Under the pieces are notes generated by a model, which saw only the letters and a program-made list of their open reading frames with translations, searched no databases and was not told where the DNA came from. 64,000 bases of DNA, from IMG/VR virus record IMGVR_UViG_3300025610_000002; one strand, written 5' to 3'. Source of the DNA: an uncultured virus (IMG/VR IMGVR_UViG_3300025610_000002). Taxonomy: Duplodnaviria > Heunggongvirae > Uroviricota > Caudoviricetes. The stretch's first letter is position 1, and the number at the start of each line of letters is the position of its first letter. Shown piece after piece: positions 16,064 to 25,895 of the stretch. Position numbers and translations under genes: made by a program.

Positions 16064-18443
16064 TGAAGACTTTGACTCCTTAAATGTGGATGGCGCAAAG
16101 ATTACTGCTTACTTTGAGATTGAAGTTGGCGGTAGGGCGCTTCCTAGACCTACTCCTATTTTTGAGCCTATCATTGAAAACTACAAGGAAACCGGAAACA
16201 TTCGGTCGGCAATGAAAAAGATGCGGCGTATCATTGTAGCCAAATTAGAAGAGGAAGCCGAATCTCTTGGTCTTGAAGAGGACGAAGATGCAGATGATAT
16301 TAGTGACCGAGTGAATAAAATATTCACAGAACAGTTGGCCCTTGGTCTTCTTCAACCCGAAGTTGCAGATGTTGGAGCGTTACAGAGCAAAGCCAACTAC
16401 GAGAAGATTCTCAACAGTATCTTTTCCGGCGTCCGATACGAGCAGAAGAAAATCACCTTTGAGGTTTTCACAGGACAAAAGATGGAGAGTAGCAAGTTTT
16501 CGCTTTTGTCAAAAGAGGTTCAACCCGAAGACTTGGAAAGAAGATACAAGAAAAAAGAGAAGGAGTTTCCTGTTGATTTTGAGTCTTTGATGGAATATGA
16601 GAATGCGAAAGAGAATTTTGAAGCGGCTAAAGTCGGTGTGCAGAAGGCTTCCGATATGAGGAGCAAAGTTGAGCGTTCTAACATTAAATCAGTTCTTGAG
16701 ATTCGTGACCCTGTTCTTTCTCTTCTCGGTGGGACTTCCAAGACTATCATCACTCGTAAGGATTCCATTTACCGTGGTTGGAAAGAGGTTAGTGGTAAAT
16801 TTGCAGACTTAGAGAAAGCAAATAAAGCCCTCATTGCTAAATTTAAATCTCCTAACGCTCAAGAGAAGAAATTCAAAGAGGTAGCAGAAAAGTTAGAGAA
16901 TTATGTTGAGGAATATTCTCAGCAAGCGGTTCCTGTTAAAGAAAAGGAGCGGGTGGCTCTTGACCTCATTTTTACATTCTTGAAGAAGTATGGTAAGATT
17001 GTAGAAGAAGCCGAGGAAAGAGATTCTACATTAGGCGTAGGTGAGATGGACCTCAGCCAAAAGGATATTCAAGATACCGAACAGGCCTACAACGACAAAG
17101 TTGACCCTATCACCAAGTATTACTTGACGAAGATGCTGGATGGAGTTTTTGTTCCAAAAGCCTCTGCTGGTGAAATCAAAGAAATGATTAGGACTTTCAT
17201 TAGGGAAGACTTGCCTGCTTTGGATACCGATGATTTCAACTCTTTAGACCGTTTCATTAATGATATTCCCGATATTGATGTTTACAAGGGTGAAGCCTTC
17301 TTACCCGTGCAGTTTGCTCCTATGCTCAATGTCAAGGAATTGAAAGATAAAGCAGGACCTATCAACGATAATTACGAAGATTATCTAAGAGCCTTGGGTG
17401 GTTTGATTGAAGAAGGTAGTTACCGAATGGGTTCTTCTACTATCCATAATGTGATTACCGGCGGAACAGATTTCGGCTCGGAAAGAGATTACAGATACTC
17501 TGCTCGTAGCACACCAAGACAAATGGAGTTCCGTGAAACATCTTATGCAGAAGAGTTGAAGGCAGTTCTACAGGCACTCCAAGCCTATCTCTTTACTCCA
17601 ACACAAAACCCTCTACTCTCATTAGGCTACTCTTTCCAAGAAATTAGAAAACCAAAGGAATTCAAGATTCTTTCCGTTTATGCGGCGAACTCTTTGGGTG
17701 AAGAAAACATGTCAACACAGGCAATTTCCTCGTTGTATGATAGATACCAAAAGAGGCCAAGAGCGGCCATGTTCACCAACAAACAATTGAAGGTGCTAGA
17801 AACCTTCTTGGTTGGTCTTCGTAGAAACTTTACCTTTGATGCTATGGAAAAGAATCTAGAAGCAGTCTATCAATCCGTAATCAAACCCGTTTACAGAAAA
17901 GCCGGTAGTGGTTTCCTTGACCGAACTCACAGGGCTTTTGGTAAGTGGACTGCTAGTATCTTCAACAAGTTGTTTGAGAAGGGAGAATATACGCACCCTT
18001 CGGGTGTCACAAGTGCAGAAGTCAAGAATGCAGAAGTTGAAGTTGATGATGTTCTAGAGTTAGAGGCTTTCCTTGAGTTGAAGGATTTCATTATCAACAA
18101 CAAGGACAGAATCTCTACGAGTAGCACGAAGAAAACACTCAACAACATCATTAATGAATTCAACACTTTGATGAAATCCAAAAAGTTGCGAAACAGAATC
18201 TTGGATGCTCACGACGCTTTCCGTATCTTGAAGGGCTTCCCCATCTACTACGCAAGAGGGGACATTGATTCCGTTACTGATGTTTCATTCATAATTGACA
18301 AAATCCACCATGAGATGGGCCTCAATGTTGTTGCTACGGACATTGTAAAAATGGTTGAAGAGGTTGACTCCTTCGCTAACATCGCCACAGAAGTTGGTCT
18401 TAGCGAGGAAGTTGTGTATTTCACAAAAGCGCACTTTAGGTGA
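16050..18443 (+). CDS. Large helical hypothetical protein (797 aa), possible internal virion protein
   Basis: Long ORF directly upstream of TerL; C-terminal HTH-like segment (FANIATEVGLSEEVVY). Confidence 0.85.
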   Translation: MRLSDEDFDSLNVDGAKITAYFEIEVGGRALPRPTPIFEPIIENYKETGNIRSAMKKMRRIIVAKLEEEAESLGLEEDEDADDISDRVNKIFTEQLALGLLQPEVADVGALQSKANYEKILNSIFSGVRYEQKKITFEVFTGQKMESSKFSLLSKEVQPEDLERRYKKKEKEFPVDFESLMEYENAKENFEAAKVGVQKASDMRSKVERSNIKSVLEIRDPVLSLLGGTSKTIITRKDSIYRGWKEVSGKFADLEKANKALIAKFKSPNAQEKKFKEVAEKLENYVEEYSQQAVPVKEKERVALDLIFTFLKKYGKIVEEAEERDSTLGVGEMDLSQKDIQDTEQAYNDKVDPITKYYLTKMLDGVFVPKASAGEIKEMIRTFIREDLPALDTDDFNSLDRFINDIPDIDVYKGEAFLPVQFAPMLNVKELKDKAGPINDNYEDYLRALGGLIEEGSYRMGSSTIHNVITGGTDFGSERDYRYSARSTPRQMEFRETSYAEELKAVLQALQAYLFTPTQNPLLSLGYSFQEIRKPKEFKILSVYAANSLGEENMSTQAISSLYDRYQKRPRAAMFTNKQLKVLETFLVGLRRNFTFDAMEKNLEAVYQSVIKPVYRKAGSGFLDRTHRAFGKWTASIFNKLFEKGEYTHPSGVTSAEVKNAEVEVDDVLELEAFLELKDFIINNKDRISTSSTKKTLNNIINEFNTLMKSKKLRNRILDAHDAFRILKGFPIYYARGDIDSVTDVSFIIDKIHHEMGLNVVATDIVKMVEEVDSFANIATEVGLSEEVVYFTKAHFR

Positions 18444-18447
18444 TACT

Positions 18448-19875
18448 TTGGAAATCAATGCGCTTAACCTAGAGCATGAAATGGACTTGCGCCTTTCGCA
18501 ACAGTCCTTTGCTTATTTCTTTGAGCATGTTTTAGGTTTCCAAATGACGGACCATCAATTGGAATGGCTCAATCTTATGGATGAGAGCAATCGCAATGTG
18601 ATTATCTGTAGTCGTGGTCACGGTAAGTCCGTCTTCATGCATTCGTGGGTGGCTTGGAACCTTCTCTTCCAACCTCCACCTTACCAAATCGTTTACATGT
18701 CTTCTAACCAAAAGCAGACGAACATGCACATGAAGTCCATTGACAAATTGTTCAACAATCCTCTTTTAGGGAAGTTCAAGCCAACGGGTTCCAAAGGTTG
18801 GGCCGTTGAAGAAATGAATCTCGTCAATGGTAACTCCATTGTTGCTCGTTCGGTCAACTCACAGGTTCGTGGTCTTCACCCACAAGAGATTATCATTGAC
18901 GACCCTCTCAAGGAGTTTAGCCTTACGGGTATCCAAAAGGTCACTGATTGGTTTTTCGGTGACATGATTCCTGCGCTTCACCATTCTGCATCGCTAAGAA
19001 TCATCGGGACGCCATTCAGTTACACGGACATTTATTCCCAACTAGAGGAGAACTCTCAGTATCTAGTGAGAAAGTATCCCTGTTTGAATGCTCTTAACGA
19101 ACCCTTGTGGCCCGAACGATGGGATTACGATTCACTCATGGACAGGAAGGCTGAGATTGGCTCTCTTAAGTTCACAAGAGAATACATGTGTGTGCCTATC
19201 TCCACGGGGACTTCTTTGTTCAATCCCGAATACATTGAGAATGCGAAGAATAAGCATTTGGTCTTGAGTGCAAGGCGTCGTGAAGGCTACAAATACTTCG
19301 TTGGTATTGACCCTGCTATCTCTACAGATGGCGACTACAATGTAATTACGGTTTTAGAAGTGGACCAGCACGACAACAAATCAATCGTTTACATTGACCG
19401 GGCAAAGAATGTAGAGTTTAGAGAGAACCTACAGAAGATTCGCCTCATTGGTAAAATCTTCAATCCGGAAGTTGTTCTGTTTGAAACCAACACCTTTGCT
19501 AAGTCGTTCACTCAAGAGTTGCGAAATATCTCTGACATTAATGTGCATGACTTCAACACAACGAGAAAGAAGAAGCAGGACATTATTTTGAATTTACAAA
19601 TGAATTTTGAGAATTCCAAGATTCATCTTCCGTATGGTAACGAAGAGAGCAAGAGAGTTACAACTGCGCTTGTTGAGGAGTTGTCAATGTTCTCTATTAC
19701 CGATAAGGGACGCTTTGAAGGTGTGGGCGCTCACGACGACATGGTGATGAGTTTAGCATTGGCTAATGCCGCTACGCAGAGGGCTAGTGAAAATTTCTTA
19801 TTGCTTGACGACTTGGGACTCTTTGATGCAAAACCTGTTAATCCGTATCGGGGTATCATGGGACTGAACTTTTGA
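18448..19875 (+). CDS. terL: Terminase large subunit
   Basis: Walker A SRGHGKS, RGLHP-EIIIDD Walker B, IGTP coupling motif, RNase H-like GIDPA and HDDMVMSL; TTG start after AGGTGA. Confidence 0.95.
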   Translation: MEINALNLEHEMDLRLSQQSFAYFFEHVLGFQMTDHQLEWLNLMDESNRNVIICSRGHGKSVFMHSWVAWNLLFQPPPYQIVYMSSNQKQTNMHMKSIDKLFNNPLLGKFKPTGSKGWAVEEMNLVNGNSIVARSVNSQVRGLHPQEIIIDDPLKEFSLTGIQKVTDWFFGDMIPALHHSASLRIIGTPFSYTDIYSQLEENSQYLVRKYPCLNALNEPLWPERWDYDSLMDRKAEIGSLKFTREYMCVPISTGTSLFNPEYIENAKNKHLVLSARRREGYKYFVGIDPAISTDGDYNVITVLEVDQHDNKSIVYIDRAKNVEFRENLQKIRLIGKIFNPEVVLFETNTFAKSFTQELRNISDINVHDFNTTRKKKQDIILNLQMNFENSKIHLPYGNEESKRVTTALVEELSMFSITDKGRFEGVGAHDDMVMSLALANAATQRASENFLLLDDLGLFDAKPVNPYRGIMGLNF

Positions 19876-19881
19876 GGTGAT

Positions 19882-21222
19882 ATGATGCCAACTTCCCAAG
19901 AATTAGCAGAGGCTAGCGATAAACTTGAAGAGATGGCGGAAGCCCAAGAAGAGGCTGAAAACGATTTAGATAGTCTAGCCTCATCACTCAAGAAAAACTT
20001 CGTTATTCGTTCCGAGCATGAAATTGTTTCCGAGGTTTGCAAGGAATACAAAATCAACGCTACGCAAGCAAAGAAGATGGTTGAGGCTTTCCCACCAAAA
20101 TACACTTTCTATGACCAAAGTATTCCCGATGTGATTAAGACGCTTAGGAAGGAGAGAAGGGGTCTTAAGGGCGATTCTAGGGAGAAGATGGCCAAGAGTA
20201 TAGATACCCTCATTGAAGGCTATTCCGAGCATCTAGAGAAGTGCCTAGATAGCATCTATTGGCTCAACCCCTACAAGCAGACCGTGAGGAAGATGGGTTT
20301 CAAAGAAACGGACTTGATTAAACTCCATTCGCTAAAGTCTGCTGATGAAAGACGAGCAGTTGTTGATGTTCTCTGCAAGTATTGGGAGGCAGAGTTGGAC
20401 CGTAATGAAGTCAACTATGGTCGCATCTACGCTCAACTTGACAAGGAAATGAAGATGGCAAAGAGTGAATACAAGAAGTTGGTTAAGGAAATTCCCGATA
20501 CGATTTTGCGAAAGAGCATCAAGGACAAGACCAAGGAGTTTATTCTCAAGCAGGTTTGTGCAGAGCAAGGCATTAGTGCTAGGCAAATCCATGACAGAAT
20601 GCCCTTGCAACTCCACAACCGTAACTCTTGGAACACCATCGCTAAGATTTCCAAGGAGTTGGATATTGTTTCCTTGGAAGGAAGATACTACAAAGTCAAC
20701 TCCGAGATTAAGAAGAACATTTGGGCTTACACGGCGGCGTTTATTGACTCGGATGGCTACATTACAATGGACCGTAAGCACAACCCAAGAGTGGGCTTGA
20801 TTGCTACAGGAGAGCGTGGTAAGGCGTTCATGCAAGAGATTCACAAGGCTATTGGTTTTGGGAAGTTGCACCTTGACCAAAAATCTCCGCAGGATACTCG
20901 CCCGGTCAACCGTTTGAATTTTTATTCGCAGGATGATGTTTACAATTTGTTGACGAAGTGTTTGCCTCATTTTAGAATGAAGAAAGGCAATGCGAAATTG
21001 TTGTTAGAGTTGGTTCGTATCAAGAAAGGCTACAAGAAAGAGCCTTGGTATAAAGAGCGATGCGATGAGATTTTCAAATTGATGAAGTGGGAAAATCACC
21101 GTGACCATGTTGGTTATGATTTCGCTAAGGAAGGTATTTACATTGATGATATTCAAAAATACAAAGACAATTGTAAAATGTCTTTGATGGATGAAAGAGA
21201 ACAAATTGGGGTGGTTCTTTGA
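19882..21222 (+). CDS. Coiled-coil/HTH protein with C-terminal LAGLIDADG domain
   Basis: WAYTAAFIDSDGYI single LAGLIDADG motif, IGFGKL, LPHFRMKK; GISARQIHDR HTH. Confidence 0.8.
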   Translation: MMPTSQELAEASDKLEEMAEAQEEAENDLDSLASSLKKNFVIRSEHEIVSEVCKEYKINATQAKKMVEAFPPKYTFYDQSIPDVIKTLRKERRGLKGDSREKMAKSIDTLIEGYSEHLEKCLDSIYWLNPYKQTVRKMGFKETDLIKLHSLKSADERRAVVDVLCKYWEAELDRNEVNYGRIYAQLDKEMKMAKSEYKKLVKEIPDTILRKSIKDKTKEFILKQVCAEQGISARQIHDRMPLQLHNRNSWNTIAKISKELDIVSLEGRYYKVNSEIKKNIWAYTAAFIDSDGYITMDRKHNPRVGLIATGERGKAFMQEIHKAIGFGKLHLDQKSPQDTRPVNRLNFYSQDDVYNLLTKCLPHFRMKKGNAKLLLELVRIKKGYKKEPWYKERCDEIFKLMKWENHRDHVGYDFAKEGIYIDDIQKYKDNCKMSLMDEREQIGVVL

Positions 21223-21725
21223 GTTGGGAAGATATTCTCAAAAGAGGCAGGGTTCCTCCAAAGAAACCTACTAAGAAAGAGAAGCCCGATACGAGTTGGC
21301 AGAATAAATTGCCGGAGAAGGAGAGAGATGACTATACTCCACCGGCAAATATCGTTGAGCAAATAAAGGAAGAAAGCGCAAGAGAGGCTCGGCTAAAAGA
21401 ATACATGGAGCGGGAAGAAGAACGCAAAAATCGCCAACGCCACTACTCTTTATCCGATGAAGAAAAAGAAAGAAGACGAAGAGATAAAGAGTGGGATGAA
21501 CGAAGGGCTAGAGAGGAACGCATTAAAGCGGCAAAAAGAGCAGGAACCCACAGACCCAAAAAGGGTCAAAAAAGGAATCAAAATCCAAGGCAACAAGCCC
21601 CTAAGAAAACTCGCTCTCAAAGAAGGGCGGCTAGTGAGGCTAAGGCGAGAAGAGAGGCTAATCTGGAAGCACAAAGAAGAGAAGATGCGGCTAGAGCCGC
21701 AAGAGATAGAAGGAGAGGACTTTGA
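21219..21725 (+). CDS. Highly charged Arg/Lys/Glu-rich tagged protein (MSWEDILK)
   Basis: Tag; protamine-like composition. Confidence 0.8.
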   Translation: MSWEDILKRGRVPPKKPTKKEKPDTSWQNKLPEKERDDYTPPANIVEQIKEESAREARLKEYMEREEERKNRQRHYSLSDEEKERRRRDKEWDERRAREERIKAAKRAGTHRPKKGQKRNQNPRQQAPKKTRSQRRAASEAKARREANLEAQRREDAARAARDRRRGL

Positions 21726-21886
21726 TGGATTTATACCTTGAACAATTTATTGACGATATGGTGAGTAACTTGGAATATAGAAATGGAATTTTCAAGACGA
21801 CTTGGGACTATACCCTTGTTGGTTTGTTCTTTATTGTGGCTCTCCCTATCGTTGGATTTCTTGCACTCAAGGAGCGATTCTTGTGA
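21725..21886 (+). CDS. Small single-TM membrane protein (53 aa)
   Basis: Manual translation MDLYLEQF...YTLVGLFFIVALPIVGFLALKERFL; coupled to both neighbours. Confidence 0.6.
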   Translation: MDLYLEQFIDDMVSNLEYRNGIFKTTWDYTLVGLFFIVALPIVGFLALKERFL

Positions 21887-22062
21887 GTTGGAAGGATATT
21901 CTCAAGAGAAGCGGCTACAAACCTGCTAATCCTTCTCTATGGAGTCGGGCTATTGCGGCGGCAAAAGCCAAATACGATGTTTACCCTTCTGCTTATGCTA
22001 ACGCTTATGCTTCTAAATGGTATAAGAAAAAAGGCGGAACATGGCGCAAGTCTAAGAAGTGA
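21883..22062 (+). CDS. Small basic tagged protein (MSWKDILK; YPSAYANAY..WYKKKGG)
   Basis: GTG start after GGAG; motif recalled from small basic phage proteins. Confidence 0.8.
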   Translation: MSWKDILKRSGYKPANPSLWSRAIAAAKAKYDVYPSAYANAYASKWYKKKGGTWRKSKK

Positions 22063-22067
22063 ATTAC

Positions 22068-22334
22068 ATGTGCGAAACTTATTGGGAAGACATTCTGTAT
22101 AAGGGATGGGTGGCTTGCCCTTGTCCTAAGAAAGGAAGACCAAAACCTTGTGGTAGACCCGATGCTTCGGTAGGAAAGAAAAGAAGATGCCGACCAACAT
22201 GTGACGCTTGCAAAGATTATCCTAGAAGGATGGGTAAGAGAGGAAAACCCCAAAAGAGAAAGGCCGGAACTTTTAGAGCGGAGAAAAGGTATGGACTTCG
22301 TGGTTGGTTAGGAAGAAGAGGTGGTAAAGAATGA
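22068..22334 (+). CDS. Small basic Cys-rich tagged protein (YWEDILYK; KPCGR..CRP)
   Basis: Tag variant; very basic. Confidence 0.75.
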   Translation: MCETYWEDILYKGWVACPCPKKGRPKPCGRPDASVGKKRRCRPTCDACKDYPRRMGKRGKPQKRKAGTFRAEKRYGLRGWLGRRGGKE

Positions 22335-22810
22335 ATTGGAAAGATATTTTGAAGATTTCTCGTTTAGAGTTGGAAATCGCTAGAGAGTATGCGCCGGAAG
22401 AGTTGGCTAAGAGAGGAAGAAAAGTCACTCGTCCGGATTCTAAGAGGCTCAAAGGTCGTCCTATGAGTCGCTTTAATGAAGAAGACGCAAATAGGGCGAA
22501 AAGAGAAAGAGATAAAATTATGAGCAGAGGGAAAGCCCTAAGAGAAGCAGAAGAAGCGAGGCAGAAGGCATTGGAAGAATATCGCAACTCTCCGGAGGCC
22601 AAGAAAACACAGAAATACGGAAAGGTGATGTGTCGGGATTGCGGCTCAGAATACTATGCTGATGATAATTTTAAAGGTAAATGTGATGGCGGGGATAGTT
22701 ACACCAATAATTACGGAGGCAAAGACGGTGGTTGCGGAGCCGAAGGCGATGATATGTTTACTGTTGTTGAACAAGGCGAAATGGGTAATACCGAGAGATA
22801 CATGAGGTAG
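22331..22810 (+). CDS. Tagged basic protein with C-terminal zinc ribbon (MNWKDILK)
   Basis: GAGGTGG RBS; CRDC...C...C. Confidence 0.8.
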   Translation: MNWKDILKISRLELEIAREYAPEELAKRGRKVTRPDSKRLKGRPMSRFNEEDANRAKRERDKIMSRGKALREAEEARQKALEEYRNSPEAKKTQKYGKVMCRDCGSEYYADDNFKGKCDGGDSYTNNYGGKDGGCGAEGDDMFTVVEQGEMGNTERYMR

Positions 22811-22815
22811 TGATT

Positions 22816-23334
22816 ATGTCATGGGAAGATATTCTAAAGCAACCTTCGCTAACCCCTCAAGAGGAACAAGAGATTCAATCCATGATGCGATTTAGAAACA
22901 TGGATAGGGAATCTGCGGAGAAGTCTGTTAGGCGTAAGTATGGTAAGTTGGGGCAAGTGAGGCAACCTGTAGGTAGGTTGACGAAAGAGGATATTCTAAA
23001 GCGAAAGCCCAAGTCCGGCCCTAGAGAAGCCGCTCGTAAGAGAATGAAGGCTAAGGGGCTAAGGTCGTTCAATAAACCGCAACGCCTCAACGATGATTCG
23101 GATAAATCGCACCATGTCATGGCTTCCGAAGGTGGGAAATACAAATACATCAAGTTCGGACAGAAGGGCGTCAAGACCAATCAAACTGCTGGACAACGCA
23201 GAGCCTTCAAGTCACGCCATGCAAAGAATATCAAGCGTGGAAAAATGTCTGCGGCTTATTGGGCTGATAAGGTCAAGTGGAATCCAAGCAAGACCAAAGA
23301 GAAGAAGAACAAGAAATGGCGGAAGGGTTCGTGA
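22816..23334 (+). CDS. Tagged basic protein (MSWEDILK; second TKEDILK) with IKFGQ..RRAFKSRH..SAAYW..W domain
   Basis: C-terminal domain pattern recalled from small basic phage/NCLDV proteins. Confidence 0.8.
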   Translation: MSWEDILKQPSLTPQEEQEIQSMMRFRNMDRESAEKSVRRKYGKLGQVRQPVGRLTKEDILKRKPKSGPREAARKRMKAKGLRSFNKPQRLNDDSDKSHHVMASEGGKYKYIKFGQKGVKTNQTAGQRRAFKSRHAKNIKRGKMSAAYWADKVKWNPSKTKEKKNKKWRKGS

Positions 23335-23714
23335 TGTGGAAAGATGTTTTGAAAGCACCCTTTGATACTAGGGAATATGAAGAGGCTACTTTTTCTATGG
23401 CTGGTTTAAGGAAGTTCCTAGTTGAGTTCCTAGACGAGCGGATTAGAGGCGCAATAAGGACACGGCGAAGGCCAAGAAGAGATGAAGACGGTAGGACATA
23501 TACAGTAACGATAAACAAATACAATCTTAATCGTAAGGATTCGGAAAATTTGGGTAAACTGCTAAGAAAGGACCGAACAGATTTCACCGAGAGAGTGAAA
23601 AAGATATTTAGAGAAGAATACAACATGGTTAATGTCAAATTTAACCGAGGGCCTTGGTATGAAGACCACTATGGGGTTCTTGAGTTTACCTTCCAAATCA
23701 AGGATGGGCTTTGA
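23334..23714 (+). CDS. Tagged hypothetical protein (MWKDVLK)
   Basis: ATG overlaps the previous stop. Confidence 0.75.
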   Translation: MWKDVLKAPFDTREYEEATFSMAGLRKFLVEFLDERIRGAIRTRRRPRRDEDGRTYTVTINKYNLNRKDSENLGKLLRKDRTDFTERVKKIFREEYNMVNVKFNRGPWYEDHYGVLEFTFQIKDGL

Positions 23715-23728
23715 GGTTCGTGAGGCCC

Positions 23729-23743
23729 AAAGCAATTAAAAAG
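23729..23743 (+). promoter_or_regulatory. Putative archaeal TATA promoter upstream of the portal gene
   Basis: AAAGCAATTAAAAAG about 40 nt upstream of the ATG. Confidence 0.45.
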
Positions 23744-23777
23744 GCGAACCACTACATTTTGATTAGGGGAATTGGTC

Positions 23778-25409
23778 ATGGCTGAAAAAAGGCGATTCTC
23801 CTTCACCAATCTCTTCCGTAGGACGACCCCTACACCGGCTGACCGAAAGGTGTTCAATGTCGGAATTCAAGAGCGTGAAAACTCTTACATGATGACGGCT
23901 CCATTGGTTTACAATGTCGTCAATCAGTCCGTTATCGTGCGAACCTGTATTACACAACTCAAGCAGGAGATTTTTCGCCGGGGCTATGTTTGGGAAAAGG
24001 CCTACGAGTCCCGTTGTAATTCTTGTCAAAAGACTCACAAGATGCCCGTAGAGGTTTGTGCTAGATGTGATTCTCCGGATTTGAAGAAGCCCGACCCAAA
24101 GCAATTGGAATATGCCGAGAACTTCATTGAAGGATATGTGAACAAGTCCGAACAGAAATTCATTGATGTGTTCAAGGAGTTGGAAGATGACCTCAACATT
24201 ATGGACGACGCCTACATTGTTCTCGTCAAGGAATACTACTTGGACGGCAATGGAAAAATCCGTATGCATCGCATCAAAGAGTTGTTCCGTGGCGACCCCG
24301 TGACCATGAGCATTTACGCTGATGAGGTTGGGATTAGAGGAACCAAAGGCTTCACTTGTATCAATCACCGTTCGTTCTTAGCCCAAGAACCTCATGAGCC
24401 ATGTCAAGAGTGCCGTGGTCCTGTTTATCCGATTCATTATGTCAACAGAGCAAACGGTGAGGAGCAGTATTTCATTGAGGGAGAGGTTCTTCACTTTAGC
24501 AAATACAGTCCTAGTAGACTCTATGGACACTCGCCCATTCTTACATTGTTTAACAACATCATGACGCTCATTGCTATGGAGAATTATGTCAATTCATCTT
24601 ACACTAAGAGTCGTATGCCGAGAGGCTTACTTGCCGTGCAAACCCGTAACATGGACTCTATGGCGGCATTTTGGCGAGGCGTAAAAGAGCGCATGGAACA
24701 AGACCCCCACTACATTCCTGTTATGGGTATTGAAGCAGAGAACGGTAAGGGTTCTGTTGAGTGGATTAAGTTCATGGATAGCCTCAAAGAAATGGAGTAT
24801 GTTGCAGTTAAGGACGATTTGCGTGACCGTATCTCTGCCTTCTATGGCGTAAGTAAGGTCTTCATGGCCGACAATACAACGAGTGGTGGTTTGAACAACG
24901 AGGGTATGCAAATTCTTGTGACGAATCGTGCCGTGCAAATGGCGCAGAATGTTTACAACAACTATGTCTTCCCCTTCTTGACAAAGCAATTCGGTATTAC
25001 TGATTGGGTCTTGAAACTGCCTCCAAGCGAAGAGGAGGACGAAGTTGCAGTTTTGCGAAAGCGTGAGTTAGAAGTCAACATTGCCGCCTCAACCAAGAAT
25101 CTTGGGTTTGAAGTTGACATGGACGAAGATGGTAACTTTACTTTCTCTAAGCCGGAGCCCAAAGAAGAGGAGGCTCCGGAAGAAGGACCGGTTGAAACCA
25201 ATCCGATGGCCGGTTCCAACATTGACCAAAGAGAATTAGCAGAGGCTCAAATGGCTTCTTTGGAAGAAGGTTCTAAGCCTCAAGAGAACCCGCCAGCCAC
25301 AAGGAATAAAGCGAGGATGAGCGTAGGACCCGATAAGAGGCTTACAGGATTGCCGCAAGATGCTGGTAATCAAAATGTAGATAGGAGAAGCGAAGGGAGA
25401 GTGAGATGA
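23778..25409 (+). CDS. Portal protein with zinc-ribbon insertions
   Basis: DDAYIVL, EVLHF..SPSRLYGHSPI, MPRGLL, ISAFYGV motifs of HK97/PBSX-type portals; CNSC..CARC and C..H..CQEC inserts. Confidence 0.9.
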   Translation: MAEKRRFSFTNLFRRTTPTPADRKVFNVGIQERENSYMMTAPLVYNVVNQSVIVRTCITQLKQEIFRRGYVWEKAYESRCNSCQKTHKMPVEVCARCDSPDLKKPDPKQLEYAENFIEGYVNKSEQKFIDVFKELEDDLNIMDDAYIVLVKEYYLDGNGKIRMHRIKELFRGDPVTMSIYADEVGIRGTKGFTCINHRSFLAQEPHEPCQECRGPVYPIHYVNRANGEEQYFIEGEVLHFSKYSPSRLYGHSPILTLFNNIMTLIAMENYVNSSYTKSRMPRGLLAVQTRNMDSMAAFWRGVKERMEQDPHYIPVMGIEAENGKGSVEWIKFMDSLKEMEYVAVKDDLRDRISAFYGVSKVFMADNTTSGGLNNEGMQILVTNRAVQMAQNVYNNYVFPFLTKQFGITDWVLKLPPSEEEDEVAVLRKRELEVNIAASTKNLGFEVDMDEDGNFTFSKPEPKEEEAPEEGPVETNPMAGSNIDQRELAEAQMASLEEGSKPQENPPATRNKARMSVGPDKRLTGLPQDAGNQNVDRRSEGRVR

Positions 25410-25666
25410 TGAATTGGAAAAATATCCTAAAGGAAAAGTTTGACCATGATGTTGAAGATGTTAAGGGCTTTCATCCTAAATATAAGCATCTCGCTTATTA
25501 CGAAGCCAAACCCTACTATGGTTCTTATCTTATCACTTCTCCCGCAAAAGATGGTTCTATTTTGATGAGCGAAGATGATACTAGGGCCATGTTTGAAGAT
25601 AGAATGGATGAGGGCTACGGATATTTTGTGGATGATTATCTAGATTTTTTTGAGAAGGAGGAATGA
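25409..25666 (+). CDS. Tagged acidic small protein (MNWKNILK)
   Basis: Tag; overlaps the portal stop. Confidence 0.75.
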   Translation: MNWKNILKEKFDHDVEDVKGFHPKYKHLAYYEAKPYYGSYLITSPAKDGSILMSEDDTRAMFEDRMDEGYGYFVDDYLDFFEKEE

Positions 25667-25890
25667 GTATGAGTGATGCGGCACGAAGAGAAAAAGAGTT
25701 GGTGAAAGAGTTGGCTAAGGTCCGTTCACAAAGAGCGGCAGAAGACAGAACGGTGAGAGTGAGTCGGGATTATTCCCTTGGTGGCTTGCCTCCCGATACT
25801 ACGCACAAAGCAAAGCGTGGTTCTGCTGATACGCCCGATGTGGTCCAACTCCCTCTGCGTAAGCGAAACCGAACCGAGAACAAGTGGTGA
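25663..25890 (+). CDS. Small hypothetical protein
   Basis: GGAGG RBS, 75 aa. Confidence 0.7.
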   Translation: MSMSDAARREKELVKELAKVRSQRAAEDRTVRVSRDYSLGGLPPDTTHKAKRGSADTPDVVQLPLRKRNRTENKW

Positions 25891-25895
25891 GGCTC

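Noticed and set aside
18448..21222. Intein or group I intron in the terminase carrying the LAGLIDADG domain
   Set aside because: TerL is complete and contiguous; the LAGLIDADG ORF is separate, has its own RBS and lacks intein termini
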